Source of the DNA: Takakia lepidozioides
Lineage: Eukaryota; Plantae; Bryophyta
Reading direction: 5' to 3'
Length of the DNA stretch: 64,000 nt
Assembly: GCA_030704615.1 (NCBI GenBank)
Contig: CM060731.1
Span: 54,622,001 to 54,686,000, forward strand
The notes beneath the pieces are model-generated. The model searched no databases and was not told the origin of the DNA. It worked only from the letters and a program-made list of their open reading frames with translations. The translations under genes and the position numbers were made by a program. Below, piece by piece: positions 1 to 12,018 of the stretch. Every line of letters starts with the position of its first letter. The first letter of the stretch is position 1.

Positions 1-436
1 CGCTGCGGAGTGTTTGTTCTGTGTTATATAACAGAACTCTGCCGCGTCTAAGGTTCCACCCAGTCTGTTTGGTCTGCCGACACGTAATTCCGCAAGATCT
101 GCTTCACTATGGAATTCACCCTTTCTGTTTGGCCGTCGGTCGTAGGTCGGAAGGCGGTGCTCATCTTCAGCCTCGTCCCCATCTTCTTCCAAAGTGCTCT
201 CCAGAATTTACTCGTAAACTTTGGATCGCGGTCCGAGACAATATCCTTCGGAACTCCATGATGCTTTAAGACGTGGGCGAAGTAAAGTCGCCCTGTCTCC
301 TGCGCCGTTGCCGTCTCCTTGGTGGGGATGAAATGGCCCATTTTACTGAACCTATCTACCACCACCATGATTGCATCGAATCCTTTTGACAACGGCATAG
401 CAGTCATGAAATCCATCGAGACGCTTTCCCAAGTCC
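1..436 (-). pseudogene. Integrase core of element 0 (distal part)
   Basis: WESVSMDF...IMVVVDRFSK...IVSDRDPKFTS...TDGQTERVN: D,D35E core typical of Ty3/Gypsy integrases. Confidence 0.92.
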
Positions 437-954
437 TGTCGTGCGCATCATACATATCGCTACACAACTACATCGCTGTCCAAAACCACACAACACATGT
501 GCACACCCAACCACTAGTATACCACTAGTCTACCACTAGTCCAGCCACTAGTCCAACCACTAGGCTACAACTAGTCAGTCACTAGGCTGCCACTACGCTG
601 CCCACTATGGCAGTCACTAGTCCACACAATGATAAAGAGGAAGAATACAAGCACGAGCTCATGCGAGCTCACAAAGCTGAAGCATAAACTCATGCATATA
701 TATAACCTCATCACTCAAATACAAGTCAAGCCAAGTGCACCCCACGCCATGGGGAATCCACACTACGGCGCCATAGCTAGGCGCGGTGAGGCTCAACTCG
801 AGAAAGATGAGCCTCCCGCGCTTGCCGTGAGTGAGATAACCACTCAGGGCCTAAAATCTGCCTTGACCCCTGGATTGACACGGGCCAATCCCAAATGTCA
901 ATATGTAAAAGTAGCTATTTCTAGCAGTTTCCACTAGTGGTAAATAACTTGACA
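437..954 (-). mobile_element. ~518-bp miniature derivative (first ~325 bp fused to last ~190 bp of element 1/2), joined head-to-tail to element 1
   Basis: 631-954 repeats 11691-12018 and 437-630 repeats 957-1143. The junction reads ...CGACA-GC-TGTCAAG... on the minus strand at 951-960. Confidence 0.75.
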
Positions 955-1399
955 GCTGTCGTGCGCATACATATCGCTACACACACTACATCGCTGTCAA
1001 AACCACACAACACATGTGCACACCACACACTAGATACCACTAGTCTACCACTAGTCAGCCACTAGTCCAACCACTAGGATCAACTAGTCAGTCACTAGGC
1101 TGCCACTACGCTGCCCACTATGGCAGTCACTAGTCCACACAATCGCCCCCCTAGCTGGTGCTTAGGTCCCTCTAAGTCCAGGTAGCCACAAGATGTGATA
1201 GTGACCATAGCCTCACTAAGTCCTCCACCACTATCCCTACTACACTCAAACTCGATAGATCAAGAGGCCGGGTGCAAGAGTTGCCCAACGTTAGTCGCCG
1301 TCTTGCAACCTGTGAACTTGAGCTTGGGATCTCATGTATTGACTCCTATGAGCTTGGCCTCCCATGTCTTGTTAGCTGCCTCCAGTCATGTCCACTGCC

Positions 1400-3500
1400 A
1401 CTATCCCAAGCAGTGTGGACACAACCAATCTCCGTCAGGAACCTTCTCAAGAGGTGGTGTCAAGCATCCCATATGCCAACCCCTTGAGCACCGATCACAC
1501 ACCAGCATGGTGGCTGCCCTTTTGGCAGACAACAGAGCATGCACCTCAAACCTGCAGGTACCACTGCCAAGTTTGGGTCAACTCTGCCATCGACATTGGG
1601 AAGGTGACATGGCGCACAATTACGCACATGGTCCTTTCCAAGTATGCCATCCCGACCCTCTAAGATCAGGAACCCTGAGGGAACACCTCTCGAACCCTCA
1701 GAATAACACGCCCTGCAGTAAAATGTGAGTGCGTCGCACTCCAAAATGCCCCAATTCCTCATGGGCATGCCGCATAACCGTGCACGCTGTGTGGGGTGAG
1801 GCACAATCCTCACCCGACCACCCTCCCACACTCGAAGTAGGTGTATCCCTCCCACTTGAACCTCTGGGCTCGTTGCAGGATCCGATCCCTATCCCTGGCA
1901 GTCACAATGGCTGCCGTGTCTCCCGTGCGGAGGTGTCCAACACAGCTGAATCCTCATGTATATCTCTGGCACACCTAGCTCATCACTAGCCTCAGGGTCC
2001 TCAGACACTCCGTCTACAGTCATCCCTGTTGTAGGTCCAATCTGACCTCCCGATGCCAAGATACACAAAAAATGCAGATGCGTGCCATCCCGGCACCATC
2101 TCCTCGTCCGTCTCACATGCCACCGAGCTCCAGGGTCATTTGCTGGCTCATGCATGGATTGCGACTCAATCCATCCGCATCCCGATTGACCAACCCGGTC
2201 GATGCACAACCTGAAAGTCATACTCCTGGAGTATAAGTGCCCACCATGCAAGCTTCCCCGTAAGCTTGTCTGACTCCATCAACCACTTGAGTGGCTGGTG
2301 ATCCGTGACAAGGGTGAAAAGATTGCCGTATAGATAGCACCTGAAGTGTGCCACGGCCACACTGCAGCTAAGCACTCTCCCTCATATGAGCTGTACTTAG
2401 CCTCTGCAGCGTGTTCGGCGGCTAGAGTAAGCCACTCGAAATCTCTTCCCTCACATCCACCTGTGTGAGCACCACCTCCAAGCCCCAGCATGCTACAATC
2501 CGTATGCAGCTGAAAGGGAGCCCCCTGATAGGTCGTCTCAAGATAGCGCCGAGGTCAACCTTGCCTTGAGCTCTTGAAAAAGCTCGTTCCTGCTCATCTT
2601 CCCACTGCCACTCCGGTCCACCTTGGTCAGCTTGGTTAGAGCCTTTGCAATGGTATAAATCCCTTGACAAACCGTCTATAATAGTTTGCAACCCCATGAA
2701 AGCTCGAACTCGGCTCACATCCGTGGGGCGTTGTGGAATTTGCAATGGCCTCACCTTAGTCTGCTGTACCCCCAATCCTCCAGGATATATCATGTGACCA
2801 GATACTCAATCTGGTCGTGGAAAAAACTTGCACTTCCCCGGATGCAACTTCAATCCGTGCGCTCTCAAGCGCTCCAATACCACCTGAAGATGTCTCTCAT
2901 GCTCCTCCATCGTAACAGAAAGATGATGATGTCATCTATGTAGCACCGAGCAAAGTCCACCCATGCTAGAATCCTATCCATGACTCTCTGAACTCTGCAG
3001 GAGCATTCTAAGCCAAATGGTAAGAACCGCCACTGATATAGGACAATCCTTGCGGGCTCATTGATCCCCAGAATGCCGTCTTCTGCTTGTCCGCCTCCTT
3101 GCGGCAACTGGTTGATATACGGATCGTAAATCCAAAGTGCTAAAGGGCCTAGAATTGCCGCCAGGCATCAAAGATCTCCTCTGGTGTTGGCATTGGCATA
3201 CTTATCGGACTTGGTCTGACGATTTACAGGCCGGGTAATCACCGCACATACGTCTCTCCGTCCAATTGCCATAGACATCCTTCTTGGGCTGGCATCACTG
3301 GTGGTGAAGCCTACTCTCCACCAGAGAGCTCCACCAAACCTGCCCCCTCCAGAGATCTTGAGTCCTCATCTGAATCAAAGACATCTCTATGTCACTGTAA
3401 TCTATAGGGTCTCCGAAAGATTGCGTGTCAGTGGCCAACTCAATACGGATCTCTTGACCCTTCAGTGCTCCCAAGTCCTTCAAACTGAGGCAACAATTCC
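1400..3500 (-). pseudogene. Element 1 RT-RNaseH-(deleted) integrase-PHD, heavily frameshifted
   Basis: Fragments RCYIDDIII, SSYEGECLA, TDHQPLKWL and PAGLRCML..PHD are homologous to 30700-33608; many indels. Confidence 0.85.
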
Positions 3501-3939
3501 TGTAAGCCCTCAGGAACCGCCGTATACGTCGTCTCTCTCTCCGGTTGACAATGGAGTCACGTAACTACCAACCTTAAGTCCAGTGGGGCTTAGAGGTAGC
3601 GGACGCGTCCAGTGGTGGATATGATCTGCAACCTATTGAGCAGTACTCCCATACTGCTCAGTCAATGACAAGCCTCATCATGCCCAATCATCTCATCCTG
3701 AGGACCTCCTCAACCCGAGAAGAATCCCCCAACTATCATCCATCACAGCCGCCTTGGCTGCCAACTCCTCTGAACCTCGAGCACCTCCACGTGTGCCATG
3801 GATGCATGCACCCCGGGTCCTCATATGCTCGCCCCACTCACTGCCTGTACCTCTCGGTAGGCAGAGAGACATTGGGGGAAGTGTTATCCGCACTCTGCGT
3901 GCTCAGCTAGAGGCCAAGCTGATAATCAAGGTCAAGCAC

Positions 3940-4860
3940 TTGAGATAAATTGCTTGCCCAACACTTGACGACGTGATTGCATCAGAAAGAGACGACACCG
4001 CCGTGGTACCAGTGGTAAAACCCATTGCCCGCTCACGCTCGTCAGCATTAGGCTCCACTAACTGCTGCAACTGAGCATCCCACAGGAGGGCCAGGTCCAC
4101 TATCCCGGAAAGCATGCGATCCTGGGAAGCTGAGCAGTGTAGGTAATGCTGCCGTGGTTGACCCACCTTGTTGACCACGCCAAAGGCGAACGGTCATCGT
4201 GTCTCACACGTTGAGACTGCCTCCCTGTGTCCAGAATGTATCCACTGTGAGAGGTGCTGGCGCTGCACCCATCAAATGCACGCTTGAGCAGTGCGAGTGG
4301 CATCATGTTAGTCCACCATAAGCCGTGGACGATGAGCCCGTGACCCCACTGTAGCTGCATCTAGCAACACTGCTGACCCAAGCCACGACCGGACTTGATG
4401 CACACTGGCCATCACCCTGGCCCGAGAATCGCCCATCAGTGGCACATTCTCCAAGATGTATGCTGGAGATACAGCTTGATGAAGCTGCAAGTGGCGCAAA
4501 AACCCGCACCATCTCCCAAAACAGACCCGACCTCGAGTCTCGCAATCCATTGCCATGCCCGGCTGATGAATGCCCTTGGCAGGCCAACCTGCCACTACCA
4601 GATCAATGGAGCCAACCCGCTCCAAATCCTGCGCCCCGCAACGAAATGTCTGCTGGCAAGGCCTGCTGATATCCACGAATTGCAGACACCGACAACAACT
4701 CAGGGTACCGCTGCACCAACTGAGCACATGGCGAAGTGAAACGCGTCGTGCAGTCATCCCTCTCCACATACAGGTAACGCCGAACTCGTACACCTGCCTG
4801 TAACACAGCAGCCAATCCGGTGCTGATCCCGCCAAACAAGTCCATAAGACAAATGCCTTC
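3940..4860 (-). pseudogene. Element 1 DNMT3-like C5-cytosine methyltransferase domain (frameshifted)
   Basis: GICLMDLFGGISTG (motif I), DLVVAGWP (IV), YILENV (VI), HRPRL (VIII), ERERAMGF (IX). Confidence 0.85.
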
Positions 4861-5126
4861 ATCCGGAGACTGCCACACAATAGGTGTGGTGTCCAATGGA
4901 GACAATTGAGGTGGTCTTGGTGCAATCCCACACTCTCCTCCTCTCCTGACGGTACAAAAGCCTCCACCCAGGCTTGTTGCACCCGTCGATCAGCATCCCA
5001 CTGCAAAATCCTTGCTCGTGCCCCACAATGGAGTCTGAGCAACCATGGTAGGCAACTCCGCCATACCATACATGTCATCCTGCTCTCCCGGAGGTGGTAC
5101 ATCCTCTGAATGAGCATTGCCCTCAA

Positions 5127-7775
5127 TCAACTCTCTAGGCAACTCACTGCCGCTGTGAATGCTGCTAGTGTCGGCATCTTGCCTCGCTGGGCAACCGCAA
5201 CTCCTATTATGAACGTCACAGGGAGCTGCACACGCCGGCCCTCCCCTGACTGCCATGCAGGCCTATAGGAAGCTGACTCCTCCCAAAAATCCAGGGTGAA
5301 GCCCATGGGGTACAACACTGCCCCACCAACCAGGACATCGTATGAGACTGCGTCTGTCACAATGGCCTTGGCTCGCATCACTGAGCCATCTGTAGGGTGA
5401 TCCGGCCGTAGTCTGATAGCCAACTCATGCCGTGTCATGCCCCGAGCCTGCTCCGATCCTCCCAGAGACGTCTGTATCTGGAAAGGACAAGGCTCCATAT
5501 CCGCCTCCGTGAGGCCCAAGCCTGCAATAGCAGCTCTGCCCAGCATCAGTGGCTGAGCTCCCGAGTCCAACAAGACTCGCAGTGGCCGGTACCTCTTGCC
5601 TGCCGGTCCACTCAAACAGAAAATGCCATCCTGGTTGTCTAACATGACAACTCCAGGTGTCACCATGGCGCGCTCAATGGCTGGCCTAGCTGGCAGCTCC
5701 ATCAACCTGGCAGCTGCAGCTTGCCATGGCGCCGCCGTGGCAGTCTTAACCCTCAAATCCGAGGATCCCTCCGGCACTACACCTCCTACTATCTCCGCAG
5801 AAGATGAAGTAACCTCCCCACTCTCACAGAGTGTAGCTGCCAGCCTGAACACCTCAGCTGGTCTTACCCCCGGCGTCGCAATCATGGTAGCCGAGAAACA
5901 ATGGAGCCTGGCACACAGATGTGGCCGCTCCTAGCAGCACACTAGCTGCCGTAGCCTTGGCAATACTAGGTAGTGGTGCTACCCATGTAGCTCTCCCCAA
6001 TGGCATAGTAACCTCCGCCTCGGTAACAGTCGGGCGAGAACTAGGTGCCATGGATGGCGTCGACACTGTCTCCGCCAATGTGAATGACTGAGGAAGCATA
6101 GCCTGACGGCTTGCCTCCCCACGCTGTGGATCCAACTCCACCTCTGCACCTCGTGGCTCAGGAACTCGTGCTGCTCCTCGAGTCACGGCTGCAGCAGACT
6201 CCACCTGCACTAGTGGTAGTGCTGCTCCACACATGAATCCCATGCCTCCCATATCTCCTCCCTCAGGAGCAGGAGGTGGACCATCCAGCCTTAGAGCCGG
6301 TACCACCTGAGCTGTAGCCATGGCAGCGAGCCTCTGCTCTAGCTGCTGAAGCCGGTTGGCCATGCCTTGGTCAACACCCTGACCTCCGCGTCCTTGGCCA
6401 CGTTGAGCTTGCCCTTGGCCTGCACCTCGTGGCTGGCCACCTCGTCCCCTTTGGGCTGCTCCACCTCGCCCCCGGCCACCATTGTTCCCTGGAACTGGCC
6501 TGGGCGCAACTCAGGATGCAAACCATAACACTGAGCCTCTCCATGCCCGTGTTTGCCACAATGCCCACACTGTAACTGTGCAGGCTATGCATGTGCCGGC
6601 CCTTTGCCTCCCTCTGGACAATCCTTCTTGACATGGGGTCCTCCACATGTCCAGCACACCACATCCGCCCGTTGTTGGCCAGCAAATGAAGGGAGAGACC
6701 CCTGCATCTGAGGTCCTCTCTGCCCTTCCCTGAGCTTCACCTGAGCCCCTTGTTTGCCTTGAGCACGTTGAGGTAGTGGTTGGCTAGGAGCACCACTACC
6801 CCGTGGTGTCTCCTTAGCAAATCCCACCATGACCACTCGTTCCTCCACCATGTTGAGCTCTATCCGCTCTGCCAGCAAAAACACATTTGCTAAGGTGGGT
6901 TGGGCCGCTTGTAGGAGAGTTGCATCCCGCACCCTTCTCCTCAGCTCCTTGTCCAATATCCCATACCAGAATTGGACTGCCTGAGCTTCCGTAACCCCTG
7001 GGTTACATTTATCAAGCGCCTCATGCGAGTGAAAGCCTCCCTCAAGCTCTCGGTCGGCTTCCGTTGGAACTCTTGCAAGCTCCGCAACTTCTCTGTCCTC
7101 ACCCTTTGTAGTTCCCTCTCAACTCTTCGAAGAACTCCACAACAGGGTTGAAGGCAGGCACGGGTGCTAGTGCTGGTGCGGTAGTGGCTGGGTGGATGTC
7201 GTAGCTACTGTACCACCAGTCCCACTGCTACTTGCTGAAGCTGCCGGTGCAGCGGCAGGTGTAGCTACTGCCCTCGTGGCTCTAGTGCCCCTAGTGATGG
7301 AGACATAGTCGGGTGACCAGTATCATCCTCCACTCCTCGATCTCAACCTCATGCCCCCGCCTGAACTCATGGTAATCATCCATAGGCGGCCCCTCAAGGT
7401 GCTGAAACAGCCCTTTCCATGCCATGAACGGCGTAAATAGTTGTGGATTGCGCATTTGCTGCAAATCACACCAACTATCAAACTCTTGGATAAAATCATC
7501 CAACTCAATGGTGCCCACCGCCCCAGAGTACCTCGTGGCCCCTTGGTAGCTCCATACATCTCCTCCATTGTGTCCCACAATAATGGCAAAGAAACAACTT
7601 GCACCGCCGGTATGAGCCCTCCTGATTCACAATCCGAATCAGAACCTTCCGTGGAAGACACAGGAGGTGAAGGTGGCCTAAACCGCACACCTCGTCTCGT
7701 GTACCCACTAGTATCGCTAGTGCTCGAACCGGCACTGTCCCCAGCAACTAGTGGCACCTCCGTGTTGACACTCAA
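5127..7775 (-). pseudogene. Element 1 gag (CCHC knuckles) and aspartic protease, frameshifted
   Basis: CWTCGGPHVKKDC zinc knuckle and VLLDSGAQP protease motif; near-identical to 26290-29064. Confidence 0.85.
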
Positions 7776-8089
7776 CCGGTCATGAACATGTCCCTAACCC
7801 CCTCTCCGGGTAGAGAAACCTGTTGCGGTCCCTAACCCCCTCTCCCGGGTAGAGAACCTGTTGCGGCTTATGGTTTGAATACTACGTTCCTAAATAGCCT
7901 ACACCTGAACTTGCATGACCATGGAAAGATCATGAAGATACTCCTCAAACCGCCCTCCACGAGCTTCAAATTCGGCCTTCCAGACCACATGCCAGTCCTT
8001 AGGCAGTCCACAGTGCCTCCACGAGTCAGCACAGGTCGTCCACAGGTCAACACGGGCCACCACAGACCAGCACAGGCCCCCACAGCTCA

Positions 8090-10170
8090 CTGGTCACAGC
8101 CGTCACAGTCCCACAGGCCACTGGGCACAGCCTGTCGCAGCCCCTCACAGCCTCAAAGGCCTCAGGCACGGCCTGTCACAGCCCCTCACAGCCCCTCACA
8201 GCCCCAAAGGCCTCAGGCACGGCCTGTCACAGCCCTCACAGCCCCAAAGGCCTCAGGCACGGCCTGTCACAGCCCCTCACAGCCCGTCACAGCCTCAAAG
8301 GCCTCAGGCACGGCCTGTCACAGCCCCTCACAGCCCGTCACAGCCTCAAAGGCCTCAGGCACGGCCTGTCACAGCCCCTCACAGCCCGTCACAGCCCCAA
8401 AGGCCATGGGCACGGCCTGTCACAGCCCCTCACAGCCCGTCACAGCCTCAAAGGCCTCTGGGCACAGCCTGTCACAGCCTCAAAGGCCTCAGGCACGGCC
8501 TGTCACAGCCCCTCACAGCCCGTCACAGCCTCAAAGGCCTCTGGGCACAGCCTGTCACAGCCCGTCACAGCTCGCCACAGGGCACAGGGCACAGCCTGTC
8601 ACAGCCCCTCACAGCCCGTCACAGCCCCAAAGGCCATGGGCACAGCCTGTCACAGCTCGCCACAGCCCCACAGGGCACAGGGCACAGCCCCTCACAGCCC
8701 CTCACAGCCCGTCACAGCCCCAAAGGCCATGGGCACGGCCTGTCACAGCCCCTCACAGCCCGTCACAGCCTCAAAGGCCTCAGGCACGGCCTATCACAGC
8801 CCCTCACAGCCCGTCACAGCCCCAAAGGCCATGGGCACAGCCTGTCACAGCCCGTCACAGCCCCACAGGCCTCAGGGCACAGCCTGTCACAGCCCCGCAC
8901 AGCCCGTCACAGCCCCAAAGGCCACTGGGCACAGCCTGTCACAGCCTGACACAGCCCGTCACAGCCCCACAGGGCACAAGGCACAGCCTGTCACAGCCCA
9001 TCACAGCCCATCACAGCCTGTCACAGCTTGCCACAGCCCATCACAGCCCGTCGCCTCAGGGCACAGCCTGTCACAGCCCGACACAGCCCCACAGGCCTCA
9101 GGGCACAGCCTGTCACAGCCCCTCACAGCCCGTCACAGCCCCAAAGGCCACTGGGCACAGCCTGTCACAGCCTGACACAGCCCGTCACAGCCCGTCACAG
9201 CCCGCCACAGCCTGACACAGCCCGTCACGGCCCACAGGGCACAGGGCACAGCATGTCACAGCCCCTCACAGCCCGTCACAGCCCCAAAGGCCATGGGCAC
9301 GGCCTGTCACAGCCTGACACAGCCCGTCACAGCCCCACAGGGCACAGGGCACAGCCTGTCACAGCCCCTCACAGCCCGTCACAGCCCAAAGGCCATGGGC
9401 ACGGCCTGTCACAGCCTGACACAGCCTGTCACAGCCCCACAGGGCACAGGGCACAGCCCCTCACAGCCCGTCACAGCCCCAAAGGCCATGGGCACGGCCT
9501 GTCACAGCCTGACACAGCCCGTCACAGCCCCACAGGGCACAGGCACAGCCTGTCACAGCCCCTCACAGCCCGTCACAGCCCCAAAGGCCATGGGCACGGC
9601 CTGTCACAGCCCCTCACAGCCCGTCACAGCCTCAAAGGCCTCAGGCACGGCCTGTCACAGCCCCTCACAGCCCGTCACAGCCTCAAAGGCCTCTGGGCAC
9701 AGCCTGTCACAGCCCGTCACAGCTCGCCACAGCCTGACACAGCCCGTCACAGCCCCACAGGGCACAGGGCACAGCCTGTCACAGCCCCTCACAGCCCGTC
9801 ACAGCCAAAAAGGCCATGGGCACGGCCTGTCACAGCCCCTCACAGCCCCTCACAGCCTCAAAGGCCTCAGGCACGGCCTGTCACAGCCCGTCACAGCCCC
9901 AAAGGCCATGGGCACAGCCTGTCACAGCCCGTCACAGCCCCACAGGCCTCAGGGCACAGCCTGTCACAGCCCCGCACAGCCCGTCACAGCCCCAAAGGCC
10001 ACTGGGCACAGCCTATCACAGCCTGACACAGCCCGTCACAGCCCCACAGGGCACAGGGCACAGCCTGTCACAGCCCATCACAGCCCATCACAGCTTGCCA
10101 CAGCCCATCACAGCCCGTCACAGCTTGCCACAGCCCATCACAGCCCGTCACAGCCCCACAGGCCACTCTG
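8090..10170. repeat. GC-rich minisatellite (~10-bp base unit GTCACAGCCC/CTCACAGCCC with 30-50-bp higher-order units) upstream of element 1 gag
   Basis: Directly visible tandem repeat. Confidence 0.95.
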
Positions 10171-12018
10171 GCAGTTTAGCCATTTCTCCAAGGGGTTTAG
10201 CCATGCCAAGCTAGGGTTTGTGTCTCTTGGACTCTAGGCTTATTTCCACCGAGCTATGGTGGCTGTGAGGAAATCAGCAAGGTATCCTTGCTCTTTCGGC
10301 TCCCACACACCACCATAGTAGCCCTAAGCCATGAGGTGGTTGCCACAAACCAAGCCTTCTTTCTCACTTAGCCTCCCCAAACACGCCACTAAACTCAATG
10401 GCAAACAACCAAGCCCTGCTGGTTCCCAGCCCTTGTGAGCACTCATTCAAGCACTCTCATTGGCCATAGCATCTGTCTTAGAGCCTATTCCAGCCCTCTA
10501 CACCTATTGCTTCAAGAGTTGCGCTCCCTTCAAGCTTGAAGTTGAAACCCCAACTCACATAGGCCCTACAAGTGCTTTTCTTTCACTCCAAGTGGAAACC
10601 AGCCCTAGACCTTCCGTTCTAGCTCTCTAAGGCTTGAAAACAAGAGCCTCAATGGGCTGAAGGCATGCTCCACACATGCCCCACTCTCACCATAAGAGAA
10701 TCAGCTCCTTTGCTTCATTTCTTGCACCCACAAACCTGAAAATACAAGCTTCAGCAGGCTGAAAACATGCTCTACATGCCCTACAGGGAAACCAGCCCCT
10801 TCCTTCCTTTCTTGCACTCCCACACCTGAAAGTGCAAGCCTTCACCAGGCTGATAGCATGCTCCACACATGCATTGCCCTCATATAAGGGAAGTCAGCCC
10901 TTCCCTCTTCCTTGCTTGCCCTCCAAGCTTGAAGATGGAAGCTTCAATGAGCTGAATACATGCTCCACACATGCAACCTCTTCACACAAGAGATATCAGC
11001 CCCCTATCTTGGCTCCTTGGCTCCTTGATGCTCTCTAAGACAAGACTAAGCACTCCATAGCCTTTGCCAAGCTCCTGAAACCCTAAGGCTTACATTTCCA
11101 GCCACAAGACACTTCTCTTGTGGTGCAAGAGCTCTTCTTCCAAGCTCTGTAACCCTAGGTGCACATTCCATGGCCTTGCCGCACCTCTTAGCTCCTGTTC
11201 CAGCCCTGCTCTCGCCATGACAAGAGCCCTCTCAATGCTGAAGCTCGAGATTGAAACCCAATCTCACCATACTCCACAAAGTGCACTGATTTGCCCCAAG
11301 CCAAATCAGCCCTTTCGCTTGGTCTTGCAATCCTTCACACAATGACAGCTCGCATTCCCAAGTCCAGTTCTCAGCTTTGCCACCAAAGCCACTATAACCT
11401 GCTCTTGACTGGTCCTCTTCCCAATCGTGCTTGCTCATGCATGTACACAATCTGAAACCATCAAGGTGCTCTGGAATTACCTACAGTATGGTGCTTTCAT
11501 CTCTGAAGCTGAAGATCGAATGCCAAGGTTTACCACCTCGTAACCCACATCGCCTCCGCTTCTAACAACCAAGAGCTCCACGGTGCTCCTTGCATAACAA
11601 CTTGGTTTCTCTCATTCTCAAGCAAAAACCACAAGTGCTACAACTAACTCGTATCTAGCACTCATAGATACGAGCTCATCTTTCTCGAGTGATAAAGAGG
11701 AAGAATACAAGCACGAGCTCATGCGAGCTCACAAAGCTGAAGCATAAACTCATGCATATATATAACCTCATCACTCAAATACAAGTCAAGCCAAGTGCAC
11801 CCCACGCCATGGGGAATCCACACTACGGCGCCATAGCTAGGCGCGGTGAGGCTCAACTCGAGAAAGATGAGCCTCCCGCGCTTGCCGTGAAGATAACCAT
11901 TCCAGGGCCTAAATCTGCCTTGACCCCTGGATTGACACTTGGGCCAATCCCAAATGTCAATATGTAAAAGATAGCTATTTCCTAGCTAGTTTCACACTAG
12001 TGGTAAAATAACTTGACA

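Larger units (their letters stand above)
437..12018 (-). mobile_element. Element 1: DNMT/PHD-bearing Ty3/Gypsy-type unit inserted in the element 0 integrase
   Basis: Ends TGTCAAG (12018) and GCACGACA (437/957) match element 2. Flanks are GTCC / TCCC, and removing the insert plus the duplication restores the host frame PEG-TWES. Colinear with 23084-49275. Confidence 0.88.

Noticed and set aside
629-937. Repeated ORF MIKRKNTSTSS (also 11689-11967)
   Set aside because: Recurs only because the element's terminal DNA is duplicated; antisense and without protein features.
7875-10237. Long ORFs (446, 332 and 314 aa) with repetitive translation
   Set aside because: By-products of a stop-poor minisatellite on the antisense strand of the element.
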